The notes: generated by a model not told the origin, from the sequence alone. A stretch of DNA of 63,522 bases, filler included, from Squatina squatina (GCA_031763465.1; 4 parts of 4 records of this genome joined end to end with filler, not necessarily neighbours in it); one strand, 5' to 3'; numbered from the whole stretch's first letter, positions 13,845 to 28,700 are shown. Made by a program: numbers and translations.

Positions 13845-14489
13845 NNNNNNNNNNNNNNNNNNNNNNNNNNNNNNNNNNNNNNNNNNNNCAATAAAGACAG
13901 GCTTTTGTGACAAATGTAAGCAATCACATTTAGAGCCAATTATGAATGGTCTGTCCATTATTTAAAGTAGAATACTCTGTGCAAGGTTGAGCTGCATGAA
14001 AATACACTGATCATACAGCAGTTTATCACAATTAAGATAATAAATTGTAATTAATGGTTATTTGTGTGCCTTTCATTATTCTCACAATCACTAAACAAAT
14101 GTCCCCTGCAGTCTATGAATAATCAACATTCGTTGGTAATTGCATTTGCATGTGGAACCCAGCTTTTTGTAGCGTACTGGAACTCACTCCAATATTCAGG
14201 AAAACATTCGACTTCCTGCAAGCTTGCCTGGCATAAACACATTGATTCGATGTATTGTCAGCTGGTCACAAATCACAAAACCCATTGATTAGGCAGTAAT
14301 CTGACAATTAAGCCTGACACAGTTTTGCAGAGCCTGCTGGCTGACTGAAATCCTTTGTGGGTTTGTCAAACATTTGTGGTAAGTGACCTGTTATGATTTT
14401 TGTTCTCAGATAATGTTGTTCGCTTTAATGTGGGCTCATCAAAGGATTGCTGTGCTGAAGATTGGAGCACATTTTCCATTTCACAATCC

Positions 14490-15035
14490 AGGGAAGCAAT
14501 GTAGAGCAAGTTTCCACTGGCGGGAAGGCCGGTAACCAGAGGACACAGATTTAAGATAATTGGTAAAAGAACCAGAGGAGAGATGAGTAGAATATTTTTT
14601 ACACAGCGAGTGGTTATGATCTGGAATGCACTGCCTTAAAGTGTAGTGGAAGCAGATTCAATCAAAACATACAAAAGCGAATTATAAAAATNNNNNNNNN
14701 NNNNNNNNNNNNNNNNNNNNNNNNNNNNNNNNNNNNNNNNNNNNNNNNNNNNNNNNNNNNNNNNNNNNNNNNNNNNNNNNNNNNNNNNNNNGAGGAGAAT
14801 GTTTTTACACAGCGAGTTGTTGTGATCTGGAACGCGCTGCCTGAAAGGGCGGTGGGAGCAGATTCAATCGTAACTTTCAAAAGGGAATTGGATAAATGCT
14901 TGAAAAGGAAAAAAATTGCAGGGCTATGGAGAAAGAGCAAGAAAATGGGGTGAATTGGATAGAGTTCTCATTGACCAGGCACAGGCACAATGGGCCGAAT
15001 GGCCTTTTTCTGTGCTGTATCGTTCTGTGATTCCA
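14490..15035 (+). mobile_element. CR1-type LINE 3' ends
   Basis: ttacacagcgagt...atctggaa...tgggccgaatggcct...tgtgctgta; related copies at ~640-790, 27100-27330 and 44845-45400. Confidence 0.8.
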
Positions 15036-15834
15036 TGAAGTATGGCACAGGCAAGCACTGCCTCCAGCTGTCCCTACTTTTAAGCCAGACCCAGGACAAG
15101 GCAGGAACCAACTTGGCCAAAATTTTTGGTAAGCTTAATTAGAAATTCCAAAGTTTTTTTTAATCCCTTTTACACAAATCGTCAAATAAAAAATTGGGCC
15201 ACATTAACTGTCACCACTTAGCTGAAAACAGTAATACAAAAAAAGTCTTTATTTACTCGTAGTTAGGCGAGATGAGAGAAAACAATATCCCCATCTCATT
15301 TTTTTGAAGTTTTAGTTTACTGCAGCTGAATGCCTCGATATTTATGAATAATTTATGCTGAAATATCTGTGCACTGCTAATATTTTATGAAATAACTCAG
15401 CCTTCTCGCACCCATAGTTTTGTCTCGTTTCCAGCTTGCCTTATAGGTTTGACTATTAAGCCGCCCCAGCCTGTCTGTCTGCGTATCACTACATTTCTCA
15501 TTGTGCTGAATAACAGCCTTAATATTTCACCTCTGTTAATGTAAATCAGTGAATTATTACACTGCTAAAAACAAGATTGCTGCTTGATTCCCAGTATTGG
15601 CTGAGTTAACTGATCTCAAGCAGGGCAGCAAGAGGGGTGCAACAACGGGCTTCAAAAGAATTGGGTGCCAACAGTGTTGGTGGGACAGGGAGGGGGGTTG
15701 CAATTTTGAGACTGGAAGCAGGAGAGGGAGAGGAGCACATAGCCCATGGCAGCAAAATTTGGCGGGAATATGTCCCACTCCTTTTACCCCTGCCTTCCTC
15801 CTCCCCACTGCCCCTCCCACCAGTGATTTTGCCT

Positions 15835-15954
15835 TACAAAAGCGAAATACTATGGATGCTGGAATCTAGAATATAAACAAAAAATGCTAGAAAAACTCAG
15901 CATCTGTAGAGAGAAAAACAGAGTTAACATTTCGGGTCGATGACCCTTCATCAG
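15835..15954 (-). mobile_element. Penelope-like terminal repeat remnant containing a minimal hammerhead ribozyme core
   Basis: Minus strand reads CTGATGA-A-GGGTC-ATC-GACCC-GAAA-TGTTAACTCTG, followed by ...ctgagtttttctagcattttttg...ccagcatccatagtatttcgc, typical of such termini. Confidence 0.7.
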
Positions 15955-16218
15955 TGATTTTACCTTAATGTCCTCAGATCAGAAGGAGCCCCACTCCAAC
16001 GAGCCCGGAGTATTCTCCAGTGAACTGTGCTACAAAGTGTATATCTGTGAGTGTCAGATGAGGACAGGGGTTGGGTTTGGCTGTGATTCCCTCCATATTT
16101 GAAAAGGCTACCGGTACANNNNNNNNNNNNNNNNNNNNNNNNNNNNNNNNNNNNNNNNNNNNNNNNNNNNNNNNNNNNNNNNNNNNNNNNNNNNNNNNNN
16201 NNNNNNNNNNNNNNNNNN

Positions 16219-16490
16219 GGCCATTTAGGACTGAGATGAGGAGAAATTTCTTCACTCGGAAGGTAGTGAACCTTTGGAATTCTCTACCCCAGAGGGCTGT
16301 GGAAGCTCAGTCCTTGAGTACATTCAAAACAGAGATCGATAGATTTCTAGATATTAAAGGCATCAACGGATATGAAGATAGTACAAAAAAATGGCGTTGA
16401 GGTAGAAGATCAGTCATGATCTTGTTGAATGGCGGAGCAGGCATGAGAGTCCGAATGGCCTACTCCTGCTCCTATTTCTTATGTTCTTAT
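16219..16490 (+). mobile_element. CR1-type LINE 3' end
   Basis: PFRTEMRRNFFTRKVVNLWNSLPQRAVEA plus tail gaatggcctactcctgctcctatttcttatgttctt. Related ends at 18470-18552 (-), 20139-20255 (+), 23035-23440 (-), 40130-40293 (-) and 52425-52785 (-). Confidence 0.85.
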
Positions 16491-19400
16491 GAAACTAAAC
16501 GTGGATAAACCATCTGTAATCAACACTATGAATCCTATGGAATTTAAAAGAACTCAAGGAGGCTTTACAGTGGGTTATTAGCAGAATTTATTTTAGCATG
16601 TGAGCAACAGAAAATACATCAAAAGACTAAAGAATCATTGATATAACAGTTATGATTTTTAGCTCGATATTTTGTTATAGTGGCATGCCGTACAAATAAT
16701 ATTTTGTCATGTATGATGTTTGCTTGCTTATGCCAGAAACAGTGGATATATAAATCAATTTCAGAGAAACAAAAAGGATCTATAACAAAATTAGGGAGCA
16801 AAACTGTTAGATTTGTTTCTAAATGTGTTTGAAGTACAAAACACTCCACCTTCAAATTTATGTTAGTGCAATAAAACAGGCCTTTGAAAATAGAAAGGTA
16901 TGGAATGTAAAGACTATCTTACACAGCAGGCACTAAACTGTCATGATTAAACAATAATCCACCCATTCTACTAATTTGATTGATCAAGGGACGAAGTAGA
17001 AAATTCTGTTGCTTTATTGATTGTGTGTGCGCGTATGTTAACTGCACAATGTCAGACCTGATGTGCTTGGGCTTTCACAATGAGCTCAATACGTTAATCT
17101 CAGTTCAGAGGAATATGCACAACGGAAGAATTAAAAAAAAAATTGGTTTAATTGCAAGAGCACCCGAACGGCAAGAGAACTGTGCCGCAAACCGAATCAG
17201 CATACAAATTAGACATGAGATTCGCCCACATCCACCGCTCCCACACACCCCCCTCCCCCTCCTGGAGAAAACAGCAAAACACATCAAGCCTTTGATGCTG
17301 TTCTTCATGAACATAGCAATTACCAGCTAAATTGGGTCTCGGCTTCTCACCCATCAGCCATGATAGCAGACAAAAAGCAATTAGTTCCCCTGCCTCTTTA
17401 GCTGAGCTGCTAGTGAAGTTCCATCAAGTCCACAGGAAGCTGTAGCNNNNNNNNNNNNNNNNNNNNNNNNNNNNNNNNNNNNNNNNNNNNNNNNNNNNNN
17501 NNNNNNNNNNNNNNNNNNNNNNNNNNNNNNNNNNNNNNNNNNNNNNNNNNNNNNNNNNNNNNNNNNNNNNNNNNNNNNNNNNNNNNNNNNNNNNNNNNNN
17601 NNNNNNNNNNNNNNNNNNNNNNNNNNNNNNNNNNNNNNNNNNNNNNNNNNNNNNNNNNNNNNNNNNNNNNNNNNNNNNNNNNNNNNNNNNNNNNNNNNNN
17701 NNNNNNNNNNNNNNNNNNNNNNNNNNNNNNNNNNNNNNNNNNNNNNNNNNNNNNNNNNNNNNNNNNCAAAGATTAGAAGTTGATTCAGTGACACTTGCCT
17801 GAGTGGACACCCAGTCGGTGCATTCCACCGTGCACTGACGGCAACTTACACGTGGTACAGATGGGAGAGGAAAAACTAAATGATTGGTCTGGTATAAATA
17901 AGCCAGAGGAAGATCCAGTCACTCATTCTGAAGCAATTGGTAAGACAGATCTAAGAACAGTCGAGCTGTGTATAAATGCAAAGCAGAGCCTTTGAGCAAC
18001 AGACTGCTTCAGTTACACAGTGAATACGAAATGATTGTGAAAACTTAGCAGAAAATCATACTGTACTGGAATCAAAATGGAATAGAGAACGGATTCTTTA
18101 CAAAGAAGAAGGCAATTTATACAAACTTAACAGAAGACCAGAGGGTATTGGTATGGTTTCATTTGCCAGGGAAGAGTTATCGTGGTTGTCAGAAATAAAA
18201 GATTACAGAATGGTATAACTGGATGCCCTCAAACCATCAAAGAGTAGAAAACCCAGTGCTCCATACTAATTGAAACTGAAGAAAATATTACCTTCAACAA
18301 GAACTAGGTAACAAATGTGCAAAATTTAACAGTAAGTACTAATGTCAAATACAGCCAATACAAATTAGCAGAAAAGTAAAGTAATGCAGAAACCATGGGT
18401 ACAACAATCACTATGATAAATAGCACAAATTCTACTAGGATCATTCTACTGTCATCAACCTATTGTCAACATAGAAACATAGAAAAAAGGAGCAGGAGTG
18501 GGCCATTTGGCCCTTCGAGCCTGCTCCGCCATTCAACATGATCATGGCTGATNNNNNNNNNNNNNNNNNNNNNNNNNNNNNNNNNNNNNNNNNNNNNNNN
18601 NNNNNNNNNNNNNNNNNNNNNNNNNNNNNNNNNNNNNNNNNNNNNNNNNNNNCTAGCCTCTGGACTACTAGTCCTGCAACTTAATCACTACAATACCAAG
18701 TCCCCAGATAGTTCTCTGCATGGGGTATTGAGGACTTAACACGACAGGGCAGGGTGCAGCTAAACATTATCATCATGTTCCAGACCTTAAACTAACCAAG
18801 AACAATGGCAATGTGCATCAGATAATGTTATCATTAATAATATGCAGAAAAAATATAATTTAAAGCTTTAATTTGAACAGCTTGTACTCATCATCTGAAT
18901 CTCAGGATTAAATTACAGCCTTGTAATCACTCCATCCAATCCATTGTTCCATATATAATTGTCAGGAACATTTAAAGTACAAATTGCAGAACTCCTTACT
19001 GCCCAAACATTTTAGCAGCTTTCAGGTTCAGTGAACATAATAAGATATTAAGAATGATGTTCTCATTTTTAGCTAACAATAATTAAAATATATCAGACAT
19101 TATTTCCATTTGATAGGACTTTGAATATGGCAACCTATGCGATTTTGGAATTCAGTTACTGAATAGCCATTTTAGAGTGTGTCAACTGTGACTCAATGGG
19201 TGGCACTCTCACCTCTGAGCCAGAAGGCTGTGAGTTCAAGTCCCACTCCAGGGACTTGAGAGCACATAAATCTAAGCNNNNNNNNNNNNNNNNNNNNNNN
19301 NNNNNNNNNNNNNNNNNNNNNNNNNNNNNNNNNNNNNNNNNNNNNNNNNNNNNNNNNNNNNNNNNNNNNNNNNNNNNTGAAGTACATTCCCGACACTTTC

Positions 19401-22053
19401 GCTTTTTTTAAATCACATTTAATGAAAATACTGTTGGTAAGAACATTTATGGAAAGGAATCATTTGCTCAATTGTCATTTCATCCCTCATCCATTTTAAT
19501 GAATTAGTTTGCTAGTCCATACCAGGGGTAACTGTGTTTAATCAGGTTTGCAACTCATCCATAATCGGGTAAATGTTAATCTTGTGTGACACTGAATGCA
19601 CATTAAGCACTGAGGTTTGTACACTGTTAAGAACATGTGGATTTTTCCAGTTGCTGTTATTTTAATGCCAGCGGTAAACTATTTGAATTAAAATAAATGG
19701 ATTACCACCAGCGTTGAAATAACACTGATGAAAAATCCAAGCAAGTATCCATACATATATTATGAAATTGGATGTATTTGTCACACTTTTATGCACTTTT
19801 TATGAGCTGAAAACCTGAAGGCCAGATTCATGTACTGCTCTAATTATGATTTTGCTGCTGAGCAGCATAAAGGTTACAGGTGCAAGAGCAGTTGGTCAAT
19901 AGACCAGTAGACAGATTTTAACTACCATTGTCGATGGAAAACTGGTGGTACTCGCTTGGTCACCCAATATACACCTGGCCAATGGAAAGGTAAATTGGGT
20001 GGGGTGGGGGGTGGGGTGGTGGTGGTGGTTGTAGAGGGNNNNNNNNNNNNNNNNNNNNNNNNNNNNNNNNNNNNNNNNNNNNNNNNNNNNNNNNNNNNNN
20101 NNNNNNNNNNNNNNNNNNNNNNNNNNNNNNNNNNNNNNGAGAGAAAGCAGGTACGGGGTACTGAGTTGAAAGATCAGCCATGATCGTGTTGAATGGCGGT
20201 GCAGGCTCGAAGGCCGAATGGCCTACTCCTGCACCTATTTTCTATGTTTCTATGTTTTCGTTGGTTGCGAAGCTGGCGGACATCGGTTCCTGGGGGGCTC
20301 CTTAAAGGGGAGGTAACCAGCCGCCATTTTGTTTTGTCGGCTGACCGATGGCGGCCCTAGCATGCTCTGAGCCGTCATAGTGCAGTCCAACACGCCAACT
20401 TGGGTGCTGGGCTGCTGGCCTGGTCACACGGTCCATTGGTGGCCCAGTCGCAGTCATTGAAGGCCATGCAGAATGCGCAGCGGCCCTCCCCTTTAATTCA
20501 ATGCACCCTGGCAGCACCCGGTTACCACCCCCAAAGGAAGTGGAGTGACAGCGACAATGCTCTGTTTCCTTTCTGGGACAGTAAGCCGAAATCAGCGTCG
20601 CGGGCGGAACATCTGCGCCAGGCGCAGTAACTCCCGGCCCCAGGTGGTAACCGCCCCCAATCGTGGCGCAGGGCAATTTTGCCTCCTATATATTATAACA
20701 TTAGAAATCACTTCAAAGCTTTAGTCTAAACATCAAATTCCACGATGTTCGTGTTCATTGGTTACACACAAAGTGGTTCACAGGTCAGCCCTCTGGTCAA
20801 CACTGATTCATTGAAATGAGTACTAAAGCAGAGTGCACAGTTAGGTGGGCAGGGCTAATTCAGTGGTGAATCCTTCCATTACCATCACATGTTCTAACAA
20901 TTAACTTGTATGAAAGCAGTACTGCACAGACTACCTGATGATTCACTACACTTGTAGCTGTGTTGGCCTGTCTTATATACAATAACAGCATATTACACTG
21001 TAAAACATTAAGTCATGTTAAAAATAACTTAATTAATGTCCTTCCTCTTTCTTCCCCTAGCTATAGTGTTTTGAGTGTTTGCATGGCATCACAAGGTATC
21101 ATGCCCCCAAATTCCTCGTGGCTTATTTGGTCGTTCCATAGTCAGCAGCTGCTGCTGTAATGTCCGGAGAAGAGGTGCAGTAAAAGAGAAAACAAACACC
21201 TTGAAGAAATAAAATTAAAATAGCATGGGTATATGCTGATAACATAAACTCTGCAACAGTCGCAGCTTTCGAACCAGCACTTGGGAGGCATCCAAAGAAA
21301 GGAAGGTGAGGCCAGTCAGAAGAAATGGCCTTCAGCTTGTCATAAAAAGGCTCTGCCCTAAATTTGGTCAGGATGTTCTTTGAACACACTCTATTGAGCT
21401 GTGGGAATTCTCACATGCCATAGCCAGACCTATATAGGCTCACAGTTTTTTTTTATCTACTCAAATGTATCTTAGCGCCAGTTGAATAAAAAGAATACGG
21501 ACCATTCTTTGGTTACTTACAACATAAAATGGAAGAACAATGAATAGCACCAACTGACTTGCAGCTATAATTCCAAAGTACTTGCATGTGAGGAACCAGC
21601 AGATAATGTACGTTTGCACTGTTTGACTGCCTGATGGACCAGAAAGAGCCAGCAATAGTTACACTCTGCACTAAGTGGCAAATCCAAAGTGCCTGTGCGT
21701 CAGCTGCAAGCATATATAAAGTGCTTCTGTAAATTGCAACTTAATGACAGAAGAGGAGCGCTCGGGAATAATTACATGCGGTTTAAAGCTGTTTGACCCC
21801 CATCATTTTTATCTTATAAAAAAGATCCTGCTTCGAATGTGTATGTGTGAAAATAATCATGTTAAAATTCAATTTAATTTTCAATTATTAGGCTTTAACA
21901 TACCCTCATTCGACAAATCCATTTACATTTTAATTTAATCTCCCAATCAATGAGGTCAAACCTTTATTTCCTGCAATTTAAAATTGACAGGCAAATCTCC
22001 ACCATTGTGAATGACAGAGTTGATATAAAATTTAAAAAGCATTTAAAATCTCA

Positions 22054-22332
<279 letters not shown>

Positions 22333-22563
22333 TTAAGATGCATTCCTTTAGTCAGCAGCATGCAGTCCTTGGATCTTGCCTATCAGTTCATAGGCAGAGC
22401 ATCTCCAGCAATGACGTCGCTTTCAACCCCTAGATACCCCAATAATCTGTCCTCGGCCCTCTCCTCTTCCTCACTCCCTTGGGTGATACTATCAACGAAT
22501 GCGAAGTGAGCTTCTCCATGTGCACGGCTGACTCGCAGGTCTACTTCTCCACCAACTTTATAC

Positions 22564-22888
22564 CTGGCCACTGCCCGTGTTGACAGACTGCTTGTGTGAC
22601 ATCAGTCTTTGATGAGCNNNNNNNNNNNNNNNNNNNNNNNNNNNNNNNNNNNNNNNNNNNNNNNNNNNNNNNNNNNNNNNNNNNNNNNNNNNNNNNNNNN
22701 NNNNNNNNNNNNNNNNNCTTCGATCGACTTGCCTGGGAATCTACAGAGCCCCACTCTGAATCTCCCACTCCCGGGGGCTCCAACTCGCAAGATCCTGTGG
22801 ATCCAGGACCCTTAGATAAATATGTAACTTTTTTTGTGATTGGAGGGATTTGCATGCAGGAAGCCTCTGATCGCAATTTCAGGGCCAT
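22564..22888 (-). CDS. Candidate first coding exon upstream of the beta-catenin exon (interrupted by an assembly gap)
   Basis: ATG at 22888 in good Kozak context (acaATGG) with an upstream in-frame TGA. Encodes MALKLRSEASC...SQASRSK-[gap]-SSKTDVTQAVCQHGQWP, with phase-1 donor CCAG|gtataa. Possible acceptor ttgatttactag near 22966. The frame across the ~100 N cannot be verified. Confidence 0.4.
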
Positions 22889-25177
22889 TGTGTTCTTCGG
22901 GTAAGGTTCCCTTATTCAGCATCTTCAACTGTGAACCATTTTTCAGTGGTACTGTAAACTGCCACTAGTAAATCAATAAATAAATAACTAATTCCATAGA
23001 TGATCAAAGCTATTTCCTACTTTTTAAAGGAACACTAGAACATTCAGCTCCTCAAGCCTGTTCCAACATTCTATTAGATCATGGCAAATCTGTACCTCAA
23101 TGCTGTTTACCCACCTTTAATTTATATTCTTTGATACCCTTACCTAATAATAATCTGTCGATCTTGAGTGTGAAAATTTCAAGTGACTCGAGAGTTCCAG
23201 ATTTCCATTACCCTTTGTGTGAAACTATAGTTCCTGATTTCACTCCTTAATGGCCCATCTCCGTAATTAAGTTTGTGCCTCCTTGTACTGGATTCCCCCC
23301 AGCAGAAGAAAAAGTTTCTCTGTACCTTTTATCATTTTAAACACCTAGAATAAAGTATCTCTCAACCTTCCAAACTCACGGGAATAAAAGCCATGGGTAC
23401 TCAACCTCTCTTCATAATTTAACCCTTTAAGCCTATTGAAAAATGGGCCCAGAGGAAGAATTGAGATGCATGGGCAGAAGTACAGACAGGGGCTGGGTTT
23501 GCCTCAGTTCTCTGTATTTGTTTATTAAAATGTGCCCAGCAGTGCTTGGAGGAGAGAAAATTGAAATACAGTGCTTGATTCAGCTTGAACAACTTAGTCT
23601 TCTCTAAATGTATTGTGTTATTCAGTCCAGTGATTTCCAATTTTCTCAAAAAATAAATGCATTGTTTTTTTGTGAGGAGTGGGGGGGCGGGGGCCTGGGT
23701 GGTGGGAAGTGGTACTGTCACTCATAATGCTACAAGAATATTCTTTAGTAGTCTTATTGTGGAGTGTAATTATTGAAATTATAGCTCTAAGAACTACTTT
23801 AAAATTGCTTTTAATATTTTTACAATAACTAAATTATACTAATCAATCAGCTGCAACTGGGATTCAGTTCCATGGGCAAGCAACCTTCTAGTGCATCCCC
23901 CAAGTCGCCATTCTTGGCGAGTCAGCAGATTGAGCNNNNNNNNNNNNNNNNNNNNNNNNNNNNNNNNNNNNNNNNNNNNNNNNNNNNNNNNNNNNNNNNN
24001 NNNNNNNNNNNNNNNNNNNNNNNNNNNNNNNNNNNGCAGAGCAAAAATAAAATGGTGCCTATTCTGACTCCTGCCACTAGCGCTGGATTCTCTGAGGTGA
24101 GGCCCGTGTCAACGCTGAAAAAAGCAGGCGTTGTCACCGCCGGATTTAGTGCTCAGTGACACTGTGCAATTCTGGATGGGCGGCCATTTTGGGCAGTGCA
24201 CGCAATGATGACGTCACAGTGCCGTGTTTAGACTAACGCCAGCACCTCGAGCGTTATGGGCTTTGCACCCGTTTAGCGCCGGCGCAAATGGCACCCGAAT
24301 TTTGCGCCCGCATTTTAGCGCTAAAAGTGGCCTAACAGCAGTTTTGCGCCGATTTGACGCTGGAAGTTTGACCACAAATTGGCCGACCCTCATTTCAATG
24401 CGGAGCCTGCAGCAATGGCCCTTCCCTTTAAGGGAGGGAAAGAGCCTCCGTTGCTGGCAACACTGCACTCGAGATTGTACAGCACTGCACCTCTACCTCC
24501 CATCTTGCTGGATTTAGCGCCAAACCGGAAATTTATGACGGATTCCCCTGCATTGTACCCAATGGTGGTTTTGTGCTACTGCTAGAGTTTCCACCCCAAA
24601 CACTGGACTATGCAATTTCTCCCCCATGGTACCATCGCATGTAGGCAACAGGTGTGTATAACGGCTTACTCCAGGGTATTTATGAACTGCTAACATTCCT
24701 TAAAGCAAGTGTATTATGTATTCATAAAATTTAATATTATTCAAATACCACTGCTGGCAACTTCTCTAACAATCTAAATACTGTATAGACACTATTTTCT
24801 AGCTGCGGTTGAATTACCCAGTGGGAATCATAGTAATTTTCAGGTTGAATTCCTACTTCCATTATTTTTTCCCTTGGATACCTATAACTTTTTTTGCAAG
24901 TAGAGTTTTGGTCAATAAGCTGCTTCACCAGTGTGGTATGTGATTGCTTCATTTAAACCTGAGTGAGTCAACAAGAACCAAATGAACACAATTGGAATGA
25001 ACAGCATTGCTAAAACGTTAGCAGTGATCCGTTTCACAGGTTCAACTTCTAGTCAAATNNNNNNNNNNNNNNNNNNNNNNNNNNNNNNNNNNNNNNNNNN
25101 NNNNNNNNNNNNNNNNNNNNNNNNNNNNNNNNNNNNNNNNNNNNNNNNNNNNNNNNNNGGCTATAAAATGAGATAGA

Positions 25178-25300
25178 AATCACATCACCAGAGAAAGAGA
25201 CAGACAATCACTGCACTACAAAGATAACTGGAAAATCACACCAGAGCACAAAGAGATGGACTATCACAGCACTACAAAGTGAAGCTGGAAAGTCACACCA
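25178..25300. repeat. Imperfect ~58-bp tandem duplication
   Basis: caccagag...aaagaga...atcac[t/a]gcactacaaag...ctggaaa occurs twice in succession. Confidence 0.6.
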
Positions 25301-25712
25301 ATGCATGCAGCAAGAAGTGGTGCGATTGATCTTTCTACGATATTCTGTCAAACTACTGAGGAAGTAGAGGCCAAGCACCCAGAGCTTCGAGGATTAGATC
25401 TGCATTCCTGGCAGCCTCTTAGAAGACGCTTCTATCAGTGCATTACATGTGATGTGTAAGACAAAGTCCTTATAGCTTTAGGATGCAAAACCAGATTATC
25501 CCTTTATCCTGATGTAAAGCTTCAAATGAAACGGTTTGGTTTGATGGACTTGAAGATTTAAGGCGTATGAACTGACTCATTACTTGCCCTCCGCTGTTAA
25601 TGTTATGAGGTAGATTGATTCTGCTTTGCCAAATCTCAAATTGCAGTTTCCTGTCAAATATCTCTGGTTGATGTTCTGAGCACGTCAGTGGCAGTTGATG
25701 ATAATTGCTCAC

Positions 25713-25739
25713 CAGCTTCTTTGTTTTTCAATTGCATTG
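25713..25739 (-). other. Candidate 27-nt microexon
   Basis: Very strong acceptor cctttttttttattag|CA and donor CTG|gtgagc. Contains an ATG; the phase-1 reading MQLKNKEA could splice in frame to the beta-catenin exon. Confidence 0.35.
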
Positions 25740-28700
25740 CTAATAAAAAAAAAGGAAATTTCCCCAAGGATACTGAAATATCAAATATTGTGACCAAATG
25801 ACTAGCACTGGATAAGCAACAGAATGAACTTACTGTAGAAGGGTATATAGTTTTGTATATTTTTATTAAACATTGATCTCTCTAAGTAAGTTAAACACGC
25901 AGAGTCACCCATTGAAGAATAGAGGATACTAAGCTAAAAGGTAAGGAATAACAGTACTAATTAGAAGGTATGGATTTTTTTTAGTCACTGTTTTAGCAAG
26001 AGCAAAGGACATGACAATTAGGCAAGTTTATGNNNNNNNNNNNNNNNNNNNNNNNNNNNNNNNNNNNNNNNNNNNNNNNNNNNNNNNNNNNNNNNNNNNN
26101 NNNNNNNNNNNNNNNNNNNNNNNNNNNNNNNNATTTGTCACCTTTCTGCCCACCTGACCAGTCCATTAATATCTTCCTGCAGTCTACAGCTTTCTTCCTC
26201 ACTATCAACCACATTGCCAATTTTTGTATTATCTGCAAACCTCTTAATCATGTCCCCGACATTGAAGTCTAAATCATTGATGTATACCATAAAAAGCAGG
26301 GACCTTGTGACCTTTGACATGCAGTTCGACCATTAGTCATTCACATGAACCTCGGCACAATAATTTTCAAGAGGCATGTACTCCACTTGAACTACTATTT
26401 GTTTATATCACTTTGCCTGTTCAACTAATTGGAATCCTTGAGGTACCCTAGTATAAATAGAAGGTGATGCTTTGTGGTCCTGTATTAGACATAAAACAGA
26501 ATAAAAACGGCAGGTTGCAAATCAAGCATTTGATGCTGGCACAACTTGTTACCACTGACAGATTCGGTGAGCTATTTCCCACATAAGTTTAGATTTCACA
26601 CCACGCAGCCACACTAAAGGGTACATTACAGAGTCAGTGTAGGAGTTGTAACAGAATACGAAACTAGTGTTCTCATAGGTTAGATATGCGGAATTGTAAT
26701 TATGCCTGATGAGTTATTTGGCACCAGATGCAGTGTTACATTGCTGTGGGTTCGCTTCAAATATGGAAAAAGCAGATGTACTTCTGAATTATTTATCCAC
26801 TAAGATCTTGGCAAATATTTGGACTGCCTGAAAAAGAAATGAGAAGAATGAATGACTAATCATAATCAGGGCAAATAAAAGTCTGGAGCATCTGAGTAAT
26901 AGCTCGGAGGATCTTAGATAGAAACTGCAGTCATTCAGAGAGATTTTTTGATAATATTTAGGGTTTTTTTTCAATAGCTATGTGTCCTTTCCCATCGAAG
27001 ATTTTTACCCACAAAAACCTTACACCAAGCTCAAATATTCCTCGTCACCTCTGAATCCTATTCTCGATAAGCACAATGAAATTTAATAGCAAAATAATCA
27101 GAGGCGGCATGAGGAAAATCTGTTTCACTCTCTGATAGGAAGGTGGATACAGATTCAATAGTATCTTTCAAAAGAGAATTGGATAAACACTTGAAGGGGA
27201 AAAAAATTGCAAGGATATGAGGAAAGAGCAGGGGAGTGGGACTAACTGGATTGTTCTTCAAAAGAGCCAGTGCAGACTCGATAGGCCGAATGGCCTCTTT
27301 CTATGCTGTACTAGTCTACGATTCTATGATTCCATGAATACCATGGACAAGACATTCCTGGGGAGGGTTTGGAGAGTGGACTTGGGCAGAGCAGAACTTT
27401 TATCTGGCCACCGGCAAAGTCCCTGACCCAGTCCAAAACTTTGGAATTATTTTGGAATCATTTAAATATTTTGGTCTGCTAGCTGTGCTTTTTACAGCCT
27501 CCTTGAGCAGGAGGGGAGGTAATTAGGAGTTAGTGCACTAAGCTTTGAGAGCTGGAGAATTTTTTTTTACATCTTCTGTTTCCTGCTTTTGCGACCAGTT
27601 GCATCACTGAAACTGGCCCACACTCCAGCTCTGGGAATTCCTCTGCTCATGACCTTTAATATTATGGCCTTAAACAGGAAATGTATTCAGAATTTCATTA
27701 GTAATTTCAAAGCCACCAGTTTGTTTGATTGTTCCTATCCATTTCACGGCTGGGATATGCCGAAGCATTTAAGGGTGCATTTAAACAACAATCATAGGTG
27801 TACAGATTTCCGCCCTGTCCAATAATTTTATCTGACACCTTATTGGTTGGAGTGATATTTTATTAGTTCCACACCATGTAAGTGTGTAAGCAGTAGTTAA
27901 CAACACAGTACAACATCTGTAATACCCATTTCAGTGCTGGATAGAGGTTATGTTTGCTGCACTCTATTCCTCCAATTCAACTCCGCTACTGGTCCTTGGC
28001 CAGATATCTCTTGTCCAGATTTTTTACCTACAACTGGTCCGCTCACACTAGTCTTTTTTCTACAGACATTCGCAATACACACAAGAGCAGTTTCTGCCAG
28101 ATAAACACGACAGTTTCGCCACACCTCTAATCTGTCCAATCAGCAGCTGTCGCTCGTACTCAGCACAGTGTCTGGGTTCCAAGTGACAGATTTTAGCCTT
28201 GGCTGGTTTCACAAATGACAAATAGCAAAAATACTTTGCGGGTAATACAAAGGTGAAAAGACAGGTTTTGCCATCTCCCTGTTCCACAATGTTTGGTTGA
28301 CAACTCTTGCTGAGTAGCAACTGTCAGTATAACAGAATTAACCCTTTTACTCTTATGTGTCAACACAGCCACTGCANNNNNNNNNNNNNNNNNNNNNNNN
28401 NNNNNNNNNNNNNNNNNNNNTTAATTAATTAANNNNNNNNNNNNNNNNNNNNNNNNNNNNNNNNNNNNNNNNNNNNCTGTGGGAGCACCTTCACCACACG
28501 GACTGCAGCGGTTCAAGAAGACAAGTAGGGATGGGCAATAAATGCTGGCCTTGCCAGCGACGCCCATATCCCATGAACGAATGAAAAAAACCATAAGCTT
28601 TTCCATTAAGTACTCATAACCTACTCTGAGCTGATCAAATGCAGATCTTGTACAGTTTTTATTGACTGCATCCTGCTCCATTTGACTGTATAGTTGAAAA

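Noticed and set aside
17410-17446. Minus-strand VDLMELH resembling beta-catenin ADLMELD
   Set aside because: Only five residues match, a stop follows immediately, and there is no further similarity.
19190-19277. tRNA-like A/B box sequence (also 54482-54551 and 29555-29625)
   Set aside because: These are SINE heads continuing into SINE body sequence, not tRNA genes.
22383-22571. Acidic ORF (…QGSEEEERAEDRLLG…) just upstream of the beta-catenin exon
   Set aside because: Bounded by stops with no usable donor in frame; treated as intronic, though a frameshifted remnant cannot be excluded.
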